From NCBI GenBank assembly GCA_905612355.1, contig CAJQRU010000111.1, forward strand, positions 1,690-65,689: 64,000 nt of DNA, written 5' to 3'. The stretch is from an uncultured Gammaproteobacteria bacterium (GTDB lineage: Bacteria; Pseudomonadota; Gammaproteobacteria; Arenicellales; UBA868). Position numbers and translations under genes: made by a program. Shown here piece after piece: positions 1 through 10,257 of the stretch. The notes beneath the pieces were generated by a model. The model had not been told where the DNA came from. It worked only from the letters and a program-made list of their open reading frames with translations, and did not search any database. How positions within the stretch are numbered: position 1 is the first letter of the stretch; each line of letters starts with the position of its first letter.

Positions 1-168
1 GCGCGTGCTGCTGTTGCGGCACGAATTTCGGGCGTTTTCATGGAGGTGCATCCGGACCCCGATAATGCCCTAAGTGACGGACCCAATTCGCTTAAGCTCG
101 ACGATCTGGAGCCGTTACTACACGAGTTAAAAGCAATCGACAGGACCGTCAAAGCAGATCTGGCATGA
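1..168 (+). CDS. kdsA: KDO-8-phosphate synthase, C-terminal fragment (5' end outside window)
   Basis: Frame 1 reads ...[43 protein letters not shown], and HPDPxxALSDGPN is the conserved KdsA C-terminus. The stop overlaps the eno ATG (ATGA). The kdsA-eno-ftsB order matches Pseudomonas-type genomes. Confidence 0.8.
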   Translation, partial: ARAAVAARISGVFMEVHPDPDNALSDGPNSLKLDDLEPLLHELKAIDRTVKADLA

Positions 169-1478
169 CCAAAATCGTCGGATTGACCGCATTGGAGGTT
201 TTGGACTCAAGAGGCAATCCGACGGTCAAGGCCGCAGTGCATCTTGATAGCGGTCATCGAGGGGTCGCTATGGTTCCCTCAGGCGCGTCGACCGGCTCCC
301 TTGAAGCGGTTGAATTGCGAGACCAGGATCCCTCGCGCTTTCGTGGCCAGGGAGTGATGCGTGCTGTTGAGCATGTCGAGGGTGAGATTGCCCGCTGCCT
401 GATGGGTTGTGATCCGCTTCAACAACGCGTGATCGATAATTACTTGATCGAACTGGATGGTTCCCCGGACAAGGGGCGGTTGGGGGCAAATGCGATTTTA
501 GCCGCTTCACTCGCGACCGCTCGCGCAGCGGCCCAGGTCGCAGATCGTCCGTTGTATGTTTATCTACGAGAGTTGTGCGGGCAAGTTTCCTCAGAATGGA
601 TCATGCCCGTGCCGCAAATTAATATATTGAATGGTGGAGCCCATGCGACCAATGGGATCGACTTCCAGGAGTTCATGATACTGCCGGTGGGAGCCCCATG
701 CTTCTCGGAAGCGATTCGCATGGGTGCCGAGGTCTTCCATTCACTGAAGGGTATTCTTACCCGCAGAGGAATGGTAACGGCGGTGGGTGATGAAGGGGGA
801 TTTGCTCCTAATCTTGCGTCTAATCTGGCGTGCATTGAGGTGGTTTCGGAGGCCGTCGTGGCAGCGGGTTATCAATTAGGCACTGATATAGTGTTAGGCC
901 TAGACGTTGCGAGTACTGAGTTCTACCAGGACAACTGTTATCGATTAAACGCAGAAGGTGTATCCCTGGATGCGGCGGGCATGGTGGCTTATCTTGAAAA
1001 GTGGTGCGATCAATTTCCGCTGGTGAGCATCGAAGATGGTATGGCAGAGAATGATTGGGCGGGTTGGATTGCTTTGACTTCGCGTTTGGGTGATCGAGTT
1101 CAATTGACCGGCGACGATTTGTTCGTTACGAATAAAGAACGTTTGGACAAGGGTATTAAGACAAATGCCGCTAACGCAATCTTAATTAAACCAAACCAGA
1201 TTGGCACGTTGAGTGAAACACTGGACGCCATCGACATGGCGCAAGAGGCGGGTTTTGGTATTACGATATCTCATCGCTCGGGGGAGACAGAGGATACGAC
1301 TATAGCGGACCTGGCCGTGGCGACGGGTGCTGGACAGATCAAGACGGGATCCTTGTGTCGTTCCGAGCGGGTGGCAAAATACAATCGACTTCTCGAGATA
1401 GAGCGTGAGCTGACCGGCCATGTAAATTACCCGGGGCTTGCCGCATTGGCGGGTGGTGGAGGGCTATCGCGCCAGTGA
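165..1478 (+). CDS. eno: enolase (phosphopyruvate hydratase)
   Basis: 437-aa ORF with N-terminus [18 protein letters not shown] and the motifs [14 protein letters not shown] and [17 protein letters not shown]. Confidence 0.97.
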   Translation: MTKIVGLTALEVLDSRGNPTVKAAVHLDSGHRGVAMVPSGASTGSLEAVELRDQDPSRFRGQGVMRAVEHVEGEIARCLMGCDPLQQRVIDNYLIELDGSPDKGRLGANAILAASLATARAAAQVADRPLYVYLRELCGQVSSEWIMPVPQINILNGGAHATNGIDFQEFMILPVGAPCFSEAIRMGAEVFHSLKGILTRRGMVTAVGDEGGFAPNLASNLACIEVVSEAVVAAGYQLGTDIVLGLDVASTEFYQDNCYRLNAEGVSLDAAGMVAYLEKWCDQFPLVSIEDGMAENDWAGWIALTSRLGDRVQLTGDDLFVTNKERLDKGIKTNAANAILIKPNQIGTLSETLDAIDMAQEAGFGITISHRSGETEDTTIADLAVATGAGQIKTGSLCRSERVAKYNRLLEIERELTGHVNYPGLAALAGGGGLSRQ

Positions 1479-1539
1479 GCGAAGGTTTCAAAAAGGGCTT
1501 GCCAGGTATAACTCGGATGACGGGCGTGTAGGCATCAAA

Positions 1540-1818
1540 ATGGGTGGGCGAATGATCATCCTTGTTTTGACGTTATTGTTGGTGGTGCTTCAGTATGCCT
1601 TGTGGGCGGGTCGGCATAATGTGTTTGATCTATTTTTCCTCCAAGATCAACTCACACATCTTGAACAAAACAACGAACTGTTGCGGCAACGCAATAATCA
1701 GTTACACGCCGAGGTGATCGACATCAAAAGTCGCTTGGGTGCGATCGAGGAAAAAGCTCGTTCAGAACTGGGTTTGATCAAACCTGGGGAAACGTTTATA
1801 CGGATCATCCCGCAGTAG
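1540..1818 (+). CDS. ftsB: cell division protein FtsB
   Basis: Internal ATG at 1540 gives a ~92-aa protein with one N-terminal TM helix (IILVLTLLLVVLQYALW). A coiled coil follows and ends in ELGLIKPGETFIRI. It sits directly after eno. The track ORF from 1438 overlaps eno and is probably too long. Confidence 0.85.
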   Translation: MGGRMIILVLTLLLVVLQYALWAGRHNVFDLFFLQDQLTHLEQNNELLRQRNNQLHAEVIDIKSRLGAIEEKARSELGLIKPGETFIRIIPQ

Positions 1819-1831
1819 TTTGAGGTTCGGG

Positions 1832-2890
1832 TTAGTCTGGTTTCGTCGGTTCAGCGTCAGTGAGTTCGTAAGGGAGCGACAAACGGGTCAGTTGGCTACT
1901 TTCGGTGCCTAAGTGGTAGTACGGTGCGTCTAATGCAGCAACCGTCATCGAGATGAGCATCTCGCCTTGTGTGTGATCCATTGGGTGGGCTTGCGCAACG
2001 ACTTCGCCCACGCGTTGCTCCTTATTGGGGAGAAAAACCGGATCGCCTACCTGTGTCTCGACACGGTGCGATACCGCAACACGAATCATGCGATGTTTAG
2101 GTCGGCTGCGATAGTGGACGCGGGCTACGATTTCTTGCCCTGGGTAACAGCCTTTGTTAAAACTCACCGCATTGATCAGATCAAGATTCAGAGTCTGGGG
2201 AATAAATCGCTCGCTAGTTTTGTCGGTGATTCTAGGATTGCCGGCACGAATTTCCAATAAAATCCATTGGTCGGCATCGCACCGCGTGATATCGCTGGAT
2301 GTGTCCTCCCATAACCTGACAGCGGTGTCCGTTGGCACAAGGATAAGGCCGTAGGCTGGATCCCCGCGCTCGCGAAGAATATAGCCAGGTATGAGTTGGT
2401 GAAGTGAGCGTTCAGACAAGTTCGACAATGCAGGAACAGGGCCGATAGGACTGTCAAAACCCATGCCGCTGAGGCCCAACACGGCGGTATCGTTCTCAAA
2501 AGTAAACGTTACATCTGCTCGCATCACATAGATACGCAGTCGATCCAGCAGGTTTGTTAGGAGAGAGATTTCTCCGATCAGGAGATAGTCCGCTCCATCG
2601 GGAACAATGCGCAGAATCGATAATACGCGGCCCTTGGGTGTGCAATAGGCGCCCATAGTCCAGTGGTCTTTATCAATCGCCTGTAAATCACAGGTGAGTT
2701 GGTTCTGCAGGAAATTACTGGAATGGGCGCCAGAGCAACGGGCCACGGCCAGATGGGGGCAGGAATAGAGTCGAGCGGAGTCATCGCCAAGCGCGATGTT
2801 TTGAGTGCTCGATACTCCGAAGGTCATCGTTCCATCAGGTGCCTGGACGGCCCCTTGCCGGGCGAGATAGTTACCCCAGTCCGTTTCCAT
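1832..2890 (-). CDS. ygfZ: folate-binding tRNA-modification/Fe-S protein YgfZ (GcvT-like fold)
   Basis: Hallmark motif NKGCYPGQEIVARVHYR (KGCYxGQE). I place the start at internal Met METDWGNYLARQG (2890). The 403-aa track ORF would run into the sdhC promoter region. Confidence 0.8.
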   Translation of the reverse strand: METDWGNYLARQGAVQAPDGTMTFGVSSTQNIALGDDSARLYSCPHLAVARCSGAHSSNFLQNQLTCDLQAIDKDHWTMGAYCTPKGRVLSILRIVPDGADYLLIGEISLLTNLLDRLRIYVMRADVTFTFENDTAVLGLSGMGFDSPIGPVPALSNLSERSLHQLIPGYILRERGDPAYGLILVPTDTAVRLWEDTSSDITRCDADQWILLEIRAGNPRITDKTSERFIPQTLNLDLINAVSFNKGCYPGQEIVARVHYRSRPKHRMIRVAVSHRVETQVGDPVFLPNKEQRVGEVVAQAHPMDHTQGEMLISMTVAALDAPYYHLGTESSQLTRLSLPYELTDAEPTKPD

Positions 2891-2989
2891 TATCTTTCCA
2901 TAAATTGTGTCTACTCGACATTCGGATTCTATAGCCAGCAGTGTAAACTTAGCTATAGAACACCTGATATTGGAATTCCCCTTTAGACC

Positions 2990-3364
2990 ATGGTAGAAAT
3001 TGATCGACCTACTTCTCCACATCTGCAGATTTATCGGCCGCAACTGACTTCGATTCTATCGATCAGCCACAGAATATCAGGAGTTTTTCTGGTGTTGGGT
3101 GTGGTGTGCCTCTCGGGGTGGATCATCTCCCTGGCGCTTGGCGAGATTTGGTTCGGTTGGTTTGATGCGATCCGTTCGAGTTTATTAGGGCAAGTGTGCA
3201 GTGTCGCGTGGGTGTTTGCACTTTTCTATCACCTGCTCAATGGTGTGCGCCATCTTTTCTGGGATATCGGTTGGGGATTCGATTTGCCTCAAGTTTACGG
3301 TTCTGGGTATGCCGCGGTGCTGGTTGCTGGTGTGTTGACGGGTATTTTGTTTTTCTTTGCTTAA
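2990..3364 (+). CDS. sdhC: succinate dehydrogenase cytochrome b556 subunit
   Basis: 124 aa with RPTSPHLQIYRPQLTSILSISHRISGV and three TM helices. First gene of the sdhCDAB order. Confidence 0.93.
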   Translation: MVEIDRPTSPHLQIYRPQLTSILSISHRISGVFLVLGVVCLSGWIISLALGEIWFGWFDAIRSSLLGQVCSVAWVFALFYHLLNGVRHLFWDIGWGFDLPQVYGSGYAAVLVAGVLTGILFFFA

Positions 3365-3376
3365 AGAATCCGGTGT

Positions 3377-3745
3377 TTGGCGAATACAGGTAGTGGGCGA
3401 GGCTATGCTTTAATGAAAAGTGCATCCCAACACTGGTGGTTGCAGCGCGTTAGCGCAGTCGTGTTGATTCCGCTCGTTGGTTGGATTGCTATCTTTGTTT
3501 TGGGTCGAATGTCCGCGGATTACGAAGGGGCCCGTGGGTGGTTAGGTCAACCGTTGAACGGTGGTCTAATGATCGTGTCCTTGTTTGTCCTGTATTGGCA
3601 CGCGCGGTTAGGTTTACAGGTCATTGCCGAGGATTATGTGGCTAATTCCGTAAGACGTCGCCGGTTACTGTTGGGCGTTAATGGCATTGTCTTGTTTTGG
3701 ATCGCTGCGGCAGTTGTGGCAGTCTGCGCAATAATGAGGTTTTAG
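3377..3745 (+). CDS. sdhD: succinate dehydrogenase hydrophobic membrane anchor subunit
   Basis: 122 aa with [11 protein letters not shown] and three TM helices, positioned between sdhC and sdhA. The TTG start at 3377 gives a Pseudomonas-like length. ATG at 3413 is the alternative. Confidence 0.85.
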   Translation: MANTGSGRGYALMKSASQHWWLQRVSAVVLIPLVGWIAIFVLGRMSADYEGARGWLGQPLNGGLMIVSLFVLYWHARLGLQVIAEDYVANSVRRRRLLLGVNGIVLFWIAAAVVAVCAIMRF

Positions 3746-3746
3746 T

Positions 3747-5534
3747 ATGAAATTGCGAAGTTACGATATCATCGACCATGTCTACGATGTCATCGTTGTT
3801 GGGGCAGGTGGGTCCGGTCTCAGGGCTTGTCTCGGGTTGGCGGAGGCAGGTCTTAAGACCGCTTGTGTGACAAAAGTTTTCCCAACGCGATCACACACAG
3901 TAGCGGCACAGGGGGGCATCAGTGCGGCGCTGGGTAACATGGGCGAAGACGATTGGCGTTGGCACATGTATGACACGGTCAAAGGCTCTGACTGGCTGTC
4001 TGATCAGGATTCGGTTGCAGGAATGTGTGAACAGGCCCCTTCAGCGGTGATTGAGTTGGAGCATTACGGGGTTCCATTTTCACGAACGGTAGATGGAAAA
4101 ATTTATCAACGCCCCTTCGGGGGGATGACAACGCATTACGGTGAGGAGATTGCTGTGCGGACCTGCGCTGCGGCCGATCGTACGGGCCACGCCATTCTTC
4201 ACACACTGTACCAGCAAGCGCTTAAAAACAAAGTTGAATTCTTTGTTGAATACTTTGCGCTTGATTTGATCATGGAGAGGGGGAAGTGTCTCGGACTTAT
4301 GGCGTGGTGTCTAGAGGATGGCACGATGCATCGTTTTCGGAGTAAATTGGTTATTTTGGCGACCGGTGGTTATGGCCGGGCCTATTTTTCCGCGACTTCT
4401 GCACACACTTGTACGGGTGATGGGAACGCGATGGTTTTGCGTGCGGGTTTGCCGTTGCAGGACATGGAATTTGTTCAATTTCATCCAACAGGTATCTATG
4501 GATCCGGCTGCCTGATTACGGAGGGCGCACGCGGTGAGGGCGGGTTTCTGACCAACGCTGACGGGGAGCGGTTTATGGAGCGTTACGCACCCAATGCAAA
4601 AGACCTTGCTTCGCGCGATGTCGTCAGTCGATCAATGACTCAAGAAATTATAGAGGGACGGGGAGTCGGTGTTGATAAGGATCACATGTATCTTCACCTC
4701 AATCACCTGGGACGTTCGGTGCTCGACGAACGCTTGCCAGGAATCACCGAAACTGCCCGCGTATTTGCGGGCGTCGATTTGACGCGTGAACCGATCCCGG
4801 TCATTCCGACAGTGCACTACAACATGGGCGGTATTCCGACCAACTTCGATGGCGAAGTGTTGACTCAAACGGGAGGGATTTTAAAAACCGTTGAAGGTTT
4901 AATGTCGATTGGCGAGGCGGCCTGTGTATCGGTGCATGGAGCCAATCGCTTGGGCTCTAATTCATTGCTTGATCTGATCGTTTTTGGCCGATCTTCGTCC
5001 CGTCGGGCGGCCACTCTTCTAAAAGGGCAAGCGCGGGCGCCTTCATTTGACGGTGCACAAGGAGAGGAAGCCATCGCACGATTCGATCGAGTCCGTGAGG
5101 CCAGAGGTGGGAGCCCAACGGCCGTGATTCGTCAACGCATGCAACGCGCGATGCAGAAGCATTGTTCGGTATTTCGGACTGAGGCCCTGCTTTCCGCTGG
5201 ATTGGAAGAAATTGTGGAGGCTTGGGAAATGTTTCAAGACTTGTCGATAACGGACCGCTCATTGGTCTGGAACACCGATGTGGTGGAGGCGCTGGAACTC
5301 GATAACATGTTACGGCAGAGCGCGACGACTTTGGCCTCGGCACTTTACCGAACGGAAAGCCGTGGTGCACACGCGAGGGAAGATTTCCCCGATCGTGATG
5401 ATACCCGGTGGCTTAAGCATTCCCTTTCCTGGGTTGGTGATACGTTGGAAGTGGGTATGGATACTCGACCGGTCGTGTTGACGACGGGCGATTACGATGT
5501 GCAACCAATTCCACCCAAAGCTCGCAATTACTGA
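3747..5534 (+). CDS. sdhA: succinate dehydrogenase flavoprotein subunit
   Basis: 595 aa with FAD motif [14 protein letters not shown], covalent-FAD region [14 protein letters not shown], and [14 protein letters not shown]. Confidence 0.97.
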   Translation: MKLRSYDIIDHVYDVIVVGAGGSGLRACLGLAEAGLKTACVTKVFPTRSHTVAAQGGISAALGNMGEDDWRWHMYDTVKGSDWLSDQDSVAGMCEQAPSAVIELEHYGVPFSRTVDGKIYQRPFGGMTTHYGEEIAVRTCAAADRTGHAILHTLYQQALKNKVEFFVEYFALDLIMERGKCLGLMAWCLEDGTMHRFRSKLVILATGGYGRAYFSATSAHTCTGDGNAMVLRAGLPLQDMEFVQFHPTGIYGSGCLITEGARGEGGFLTNADGERFMERYAPNAKDLASRDVVSRSMTQEIIEGRGVGVDKDHMYLHLNHLGRSVLDERLPGITETARVFAGVDLTREPIPVIPTVHYNMGGIPTNFDGEVLTQTGGILKTVEGLMSIGEAACVSVHGANRLGSNSLLDLIVFGRSSSRRAATLLKGQARAPSFDGAQGEEAIARFDRVREARGGSPTAVIRQRMQRAMQKHCSVFRTEALLSAGLEEIVEAWEMFQDLSITDRSLVWNTDVVEALELDNMLRQSATTLASALYRTESRGAHAREDFPDRDDTRWLKHSLSWVGDTLEVGMDTRPVVLTTGDYDVQPIPPKARNY

Positions 5535-5548
5535 GGTTTATTTAATCG

Positions 5549-6334
5549 ATGGCTCAATTTCGACTGCCAGTGGGTTCGCGTATTGGTGAGGGGCGCTATT
5601 TCAACTACAACGGCGATGCGACAAAGATTAGGCGGGTCCAGGTTTACCGCTGGAACCAAGAAAGCGGAAAGGAACCGCAAATCGATACTTTTGAGATTGA
5701 TGGTGAAAGGCCCGGCCCGATGGTTCTTGATGTGCTGATTAAGATCAAGGATTCGATTGATTCAACGCTAACTTTCCGACGCTCTTGCCGTGAGGGGATT
5801 TGTGGGTCCTGTGCGATGAATATTGATGGCGTCAATACGCTGGCTTGTACCACGCCCGTGGTCGACTTGCCTGAGACCATCAAAATTTATCCGCTACCGC
5901 ATTTACGGGTGGTTAAAGATTTAGTTCCGGATCTTGGGCAATTTTACAAACAGTACGCGATGGTTGAACCTTGGTTGAAACAAAGCGGGGAGGCGCCTGA
6001 CGAAGAACGCCTTCAGTCACCGGCAGCGCGAGCGGCGCTCGATGGCAGTGATGAGTGCATTTTGTGTGCCTGTTGTTCGACAAGTTGTCCCAGTTATTGG
6101 TGGAATTCCGATGTCTATCTTGGCCCGGCGGCCTTGTTACAGTCGTATCGATGGTTGGCTGACAATCGAGATGGGGCACGATTGGAAAGATTAGAGCAGT
6201 TAGACGACGCCTTCGCACTTTATCGATGTCACACCATCATGAACTGCACGAGTGCGTGTCCGAAAGGACTTAACCCAGCGAGAGCGATTAGTAAGATTAA
6301 GAAAATGCTGGTATCACGGGAAAAGGGGGCCTAG
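5549..6334 (+). CDS. sdhB: succinate dehydrogenase iron-sulfur subunit
   Basis: 261 aa with Cys clusters [28 protein letters not shown] and [15 protein letters not shown]. Confidence 0.97.
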   Translation: MAQFRLPVGSRIGEGRYFNYNGDATKIRRVQVYRWNQESGKEPQIDTFEIDGERPGPMVLDVLIKIKDSIDSTLTFRRSCREGICGSCAMNIDGVNTLACTTPVVDLPETIKIYPLPHLRVVKDLVPDLGQFYKQYAMVEPWLKQSGEAPDEERLQSPAARAALDGSDECILCACCSTSCPSYWWNSDVYLGPAALLQSYRWLADNRDGARLERLEQLDDAFALYRCHTIMNCTSACPKGLNPARAISKIKKMLVSREKGA

Positions 6335-6579
6335 TGACCCTTGGGAGAACCTTGTGGCGCTGTCGCCGTGGGGCGAGGGAGTTGGATGCCTTATTGCACC
6401 CTTATGTGAAGGCCTATTACGAAGGATTCTCTGTGGCGCAACGGGTTACGCTCGACCAATTGCTTGCCTGTCCTGATCCTGATCTGCTGGATTGGTTTTT
6501 GAATCGGACACAACCCGAGAGCCCGAGTCTGGCGGTTCTGGTTAACGATATAAGTCAATTTAACCGGCGCGAGAACTGA
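6334..6579 (+). CDS. sdhE: FAD assembly factor SdhE (YgfY/DUF339)
   Basis: 81 aa, GTG start abutting the sdhB stop. Contains WRCRRGARELDALL and DPDLLDWF, typical of SdhE. Confidence 0.8.
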   Translation: MTLGRTLWRCRRGARELDALLHPYVKAYYEGFSVAQRVTLDQLLACPDPDLLDWFLNRTQPESPSLAVLVNDISQFNRREN

Positions 6580-6661
6580 TTCTCTTAAGGTGCTTCTAGT
6601 CACACCGCTCGCTCGGGTGGCCAAGCTCGGTCTGTATTGCGAAGCACGGGTCATTCTCATA

Positions 6662-7300
6662 CTAATTGTGGAAGCTGTCTTCTGGGTGACTTAGGAAATT
6701 ATCTTCTAGCTGATTTAGGAAGTTATTCTCTTGTTGGTTTTGGTGGTTGTTTGTGCTTACTGTTGCGTGGGGTTGGGCAACTGGCTCCTGGATTAAGCAA
6801 CGATTGGTGCAATGATCTGTATCGTCGTCGTTTCCATCATCGCATTGCTCGTTCGACTGATTAACTAGACCGTCGCCACAATAAGGCAGGCCAGTGGTCG
6901 GGTCATCGCGAACATACCACGGGGGTGTCGCCGGACCTTTCAACTTGCAGGAGGACGAACAACTGTCGGTCTCATCGAGATTGCCGTCATCGCACTCTTC
7001 GGGAGCCGTGCCGATGCCATCGCCACAGAACCCAATAGAGGTAGCTCCCTCCACCGAGTTGGCAAGCTTGATAAGAATCTCGGTGGGTTTCGAAGAGAGG
7101 CACAAGTTGGTGCAGCCATCATCATCCACTGTGTTACCGTCGTCACAGGTCTCTATTCCAACGGCAAGCAGTCCATCTCCGCAGTACGTGCTTAGCGTGT
7201 CTAAATTCTGAGAGACACCCTCTAAATCTCTGAGAGACTCCCGATGAGGTTCGTGGGCGTGCATCGCAGGCAAGGAGTAAGACACTTGCCAGTAAGACAA
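6662..7300 (-). CDS. cysteine-rich repeat protein (three CGDG-x-CDDGN-x-D-x-C-x3-C repeats, DUF4215/TIGR02232-like)
   Basis: The three repeats are YCGDGLLAVGIETCDDGNTVDDDGCTNLC, FCGDGIGTAPEECDDGNLDETDSCSSSC and YCGDGLVNQSNEQCDDGNDDDTDHCTNRC. A lipoprotein-type signal peptide is present only in a neighbouring frame (7331-7266); see findings. Confidence 0.7.
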   Translation of the reverse strand: MSYWQVSYSLPAMHAHEPHRESLRDLEGVSQNLDTLSTYCGDGLLAVGIETCDDGNTVDDDGCTNLCLSSKPTEILIKLANSVEGATSIGFCGDGIGTAPEECDDGNLDETDSCSSSCKLKGPATPPWYVRDDPTTGLPYCGDGLVNQSNEQCDDGNDDDTDHCTNRCLIQEPVAQPHATVSTNNHQNQQENNFLNQLEDNFLSHPEDSFHN

Positions 7301-7834
7301 TCGACAGTTTAGGTGGGATCGTCATTCGCACGAGAGGGGTCTAGTTAGCCGTGAGGAGATTCTGTGATGTTGAATTGACAACATAAAGAGGAGCCACGGC
7401 ATCGAGTGATAAGGCGCCTTGCGCAAGAGCTTCAGACTGATTTGGGCGATCAAACCTTCAGAGAGTTTCTATAAATTATTAATATATCCTGTAAAAACAA
7501 TATATTACAGCATTATATTAATAAATGACCTTATCTTCAGCTAGCTTTACTGATTTTTCCATGCGGTCATGGTTTCCCGTTTCTCCCCGACGAAAGGATA
7601 GGGTGGCGCGCTGCCGAACGCCGGTGGCGCGATGGTGGGGGTGTTGCAGACACCAGGGTGTCGTGGGGCCGGCGATGCCGAATGGGGCATCGATGGGAAA
7701 GCGGAACGAATGGGCCGCGACAGTCCTGAGCTACGCTTGGGAAGCGGTTAGAATAGCCTCGAAAGGTGTTCGTGGCGGTGGCATCTGCGGCATTGAAGCG
7801 CAGCACATTCTATGACTTTGTGGTGAATTTGAAG

Positions 7835-8629
7835 ATGGACTTTTCTCTCATTTTATTCCAGGCGTTGATGGTTACCGGGGCGATTGTTCTGGGGAATCGG
7901 CTGATTCTTGGTCGTCCGGTGGATCACGGGCACGTAGCGAGCAGCCTACTCGGGCGCATCGCGATGGTTGTGGTGGATTACTCCCGGGCCTTTTTCCCAG
8001 TCCTCTTGGTTGTTTTTGTGCTCCGATCCTTTGTGGTTGAGCCCTTTCGTATTCCTTCGGGCTCTATGCTGCCGAGTCTTTTCGTAGGCGATTTCATTCT
8101 GGTAAATAAGTTCAAATACGGTATTCGATTGCCAATAAGGAACTTCAAGTTAGTTGAGGTGGATCACCCTGCGAGGGGCGACGTTATGGTCTTTCGATAT
8201 CCCCATGATACAACCCAGAACTACATTAAACGCGTGATTGGTCTACCCGGTGACACGATTGGTTATGAGCAGAAGCGGTTACGGGTCAATGGCATATTGG
8301 TGGGATTCGAGGAGGTCGAGCAACATGAACGTGAATCCGAAGGCCGAACGCTTCGGTTTGCTGAATATACTGAAACTATTGATCGATCCGCCCATCGTGT
8401 AGTCATTGACCGGGGAAGAAATCAGCGGGAGCGGGAACAGAAGTGGACGGTTCCGGCAGGACAGTACCTCGTGATGGGTGATAACCGGGACCACAGTAAC
8501 GACAGCCGCTACTGGGGGTTTGTTCCTGAGAGCCATATCGTGGGTCACGCATTTTTTGTTTGGTTCAGTTGGGATTCGGGCAGTCGGTTCAAGGTCAACT
8601 GGGATCGTATTGGTCACGTGATTCAGTGA
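7835..8629 (+). CDS. lepB: signal peptidase I
   Basis: Motifs FRIPSGSMLPSL (catalytic Ser), YIKRVIGLPGD (catalytic Lys region) and GDNRDHSNDSRYWGFV. I chose the start at ATG 7835 (MDFSLILFQ...). Confidence 0.93.
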   Translation: MDFSLILFQALMVTGAIVLGNRLILGRPVDHGHVASSLLGRIAMVVVDYSRAFFPVLLVVFVLRSFVVEPFRIPSGSMLPSLFVGDFILVNKFKYGIRLPIRNFKLVEVDHPARGDVMVFRYPHDTTQNYIKRVIGLPGDTIGYEQKRLRVNGILVGFEEVEQHERESEGRTLRFAEYTETIDRSAHRVVIDRGRNQREREQKWTVPAGQYLVMGDNRDHSNDSRYWGFVPESHIVGHAFFVWFSWDSGSRFKVNWDRIGHVIQ

Positions 8630-8663
8630 GTACGTTGCGTTACGTTTCGGTTCAAGGCGGGCA

Positions 8664-9362
8664 GTGGCGACCATGACGGAAGTATCGAAGGGACTGCAGA
8701 GCGCGCTGGGGTACCGGTTTGTCGATCAAATGGTGTTGGCCCGTGCCTTAACACATCGGAGTGCGGGTCCAGCGCATAATGAACGACTGGAATTTCTCGG
8801 GGACAGCGTTCTTAGCATTGTCATTTCTGACAATCTCTACCGCCGCTATCCTGAAGCAACGGAGGGTGAGTTGACCCGTTGCCGGGCGCGGCTAGTTCGA
8901 CAGGAAACACTGGCAGTTGTTGCGCAGGAACTTGGCTTGGCCGAGGCCCTGGCAGTGGGCCAGGCCATGGGCGAAAGAGGTAGTGCCGATCGCCCGGGGG
9001 TGTTGGCCGATGCCCTGGAGGCGCTCATTGGCGCAGTTTTTATCGATGGCGGATACTCTGCTGTTGTCGTAATGGTAGAGGGTATTTTTGCGGAACTGTT
9101 GATTGACATAGCGCCCGAATCGATTAGCAAAGATGCGAAAACTGCGCTACAGGAATTACTCCATAAGCTAGGGCTGTCGCTTCCGATCTATCGGGTGGTG
9201 CTGATGCGAGGAGAGCCTCACTTAAGGCAGTTTGATGTCGAATGTTATTTGCCAGCGACCAATGCCCGTTTTTTAGGGCAAGGGGCCAGCCGCAGAAAAG
9301 CAGAGCAGGAAGCGGCCCAGAGGGCATTAGACGCATGCACATCATCAGCTAGGCATGGTTGA
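8664..9362 (+). CDS. rnc: ribonuclease III
   Basis: 232 aa with signature NERLEFLGDSVL and a C-terminal dsRBD. Part of the lepB-rnc-era order. Confidence 0.95.
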   Translation: MATMTEVSKGLQSALGYRFVDQMVLARALTHRSAGPAHNERLEFLGDSVLSIVISDNLYRRYPEATEGELTRCRARLVRQETLAVVAQELGLAEALAVGQAMGERGSADRPGVLADALEALIGAVFIDGGYSAVVVMVEGIFAELLIDIAPESISKDAKTALQELLHKLGLSLPIYRVVLMRGEPHLRQFDVECYLPATNARFLGQGASRRKAEQEAAQRALDACTSSARHG

Positions 9363-10248
9363 ACGATTCGGGTTCTTCGCGGTGGTTGGCCGGCCCAATG
9401 TGGGGAAATCCAGCTTGGTCAACCGTTTAATCGGAGAAAAAGTCAGCATCACCTCGCGACGTCCGCAAACGACTCGAAATCGCATCTTGGGCATTCGTAC
9501 GCAAGGCACAGCACAGATCGTGTTTGTGGATACCCCGGGGATGCAAGCCGGGCAACAGGGGCTCGATTATTCAATTAATGAAACGGCTAAATCGAGCGCA
9601 AGAAGTGCGGATATTATCGGCATGATGATTGACGCGAGGGGTTGGCACGACAGAGATGATCAGGTGCTGGACTATATTCGTTATCTTGAATTACCCACGT
9701 ACTTGCTGGTCAACAAGACGGATCTCTTGCCTTCCGCTGGTCTGGTGTTGCCATTGATCGCAAGCGTTAGTCGAAAGCATTCCTTCACCGAGATTCTGCC
9801 TGTTTCCGTGCGCCGTGGGCACAATTTGAGTCGACTGTTGAGTTTAGTGGAGAAACAATTGCCTGAAGGTCCATTTGGTTTTCCAACCGAGCAGGTTGGG
9901 GTGAGTCAGCGTGAATTCGTTATTGGTGAGTTCATTCGTGAGCAAATTTTCCATACCGTAGGTCGCGAGGTGCCGTATTCCGTTGCGGTCGATGTAACCG
10001 GCGGCAGGAGAACCCGGGGCGACGGCGAGGTCTTTACGGCCGAGGTCTGGGTGGAAAGCAAGGGACAAAAAGCGATTGTTTTGGGGCCCGGCGGAAGTCG
10101 CCTGAAGAAAATTGGCAGCAAAGCACGACGTGAATTGAGTAAGGCGTTCGGGTTACCGGTGTCCCTTGATATTTGGATTAAAGTTCGCAAAGGGTGGACT
10201 AATCATAATCAGAGTCTGGAAAAACTCGGCTACGGACCGGAGCGGTAG
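9355..10248 (+). CDS. era: GTPase Era
   Basis: 297 aa with G1 GRPNVGKSSL, DTPG and NKTD, plus a C-terminal KH domain. Overlaps the rnc stop. Confidence 0.95.
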   Translation: MVERFGFFAVVGRPNVGKSSLVNRLIGEKVSITSRRPQTTRNRILGIRTQGTAQIVFVDTPGMQAGQQGLDYSINETAKSSARSADIIGMMIDARGWHDRDDQVLDYIRYLELPTYLLVNKTDLLPSAGLVLPLIASVSRKHSFTEILPVSVRRGHNLSRLLSLVEKQLPEGPFGFPTEQVGVSQREFVIGEFIREQIFHTVGREVPYSVAVDVTGGRRTRGDGEVFTAEVWVESKGQKAIVLGPGGSRLKKIGSKARRELSKAFGLPVSLDIWIKVRKGWTNHNQSLEKLGYGPER

Positions 10249-10257
10249 GGCGAGGGG

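Noticed and set aside
1438-1539. Long form of ftsB starting inside eno
   Set aside because: The extension overlaps the eno 3' end and encodes no FtsB-like sequence. The internal ATG at 1540 gives the canonical size and N-terminal TM helix.
7525-7815. 96-aa ORF upstream of lepB, and a possible known RNA gene (6S, RNase P, SRP, tmRNA)
   Set aside because: The ORF translation is Arg/Trp/Cys-rich and implausible. I could not match conserved cores of 6S, RNase P (GGAAAGTCCGGGC), 4.5S (GGTCCGGAAGGAAGCAGCC) or tmRNA. The region is retained only as a low-interest finding.
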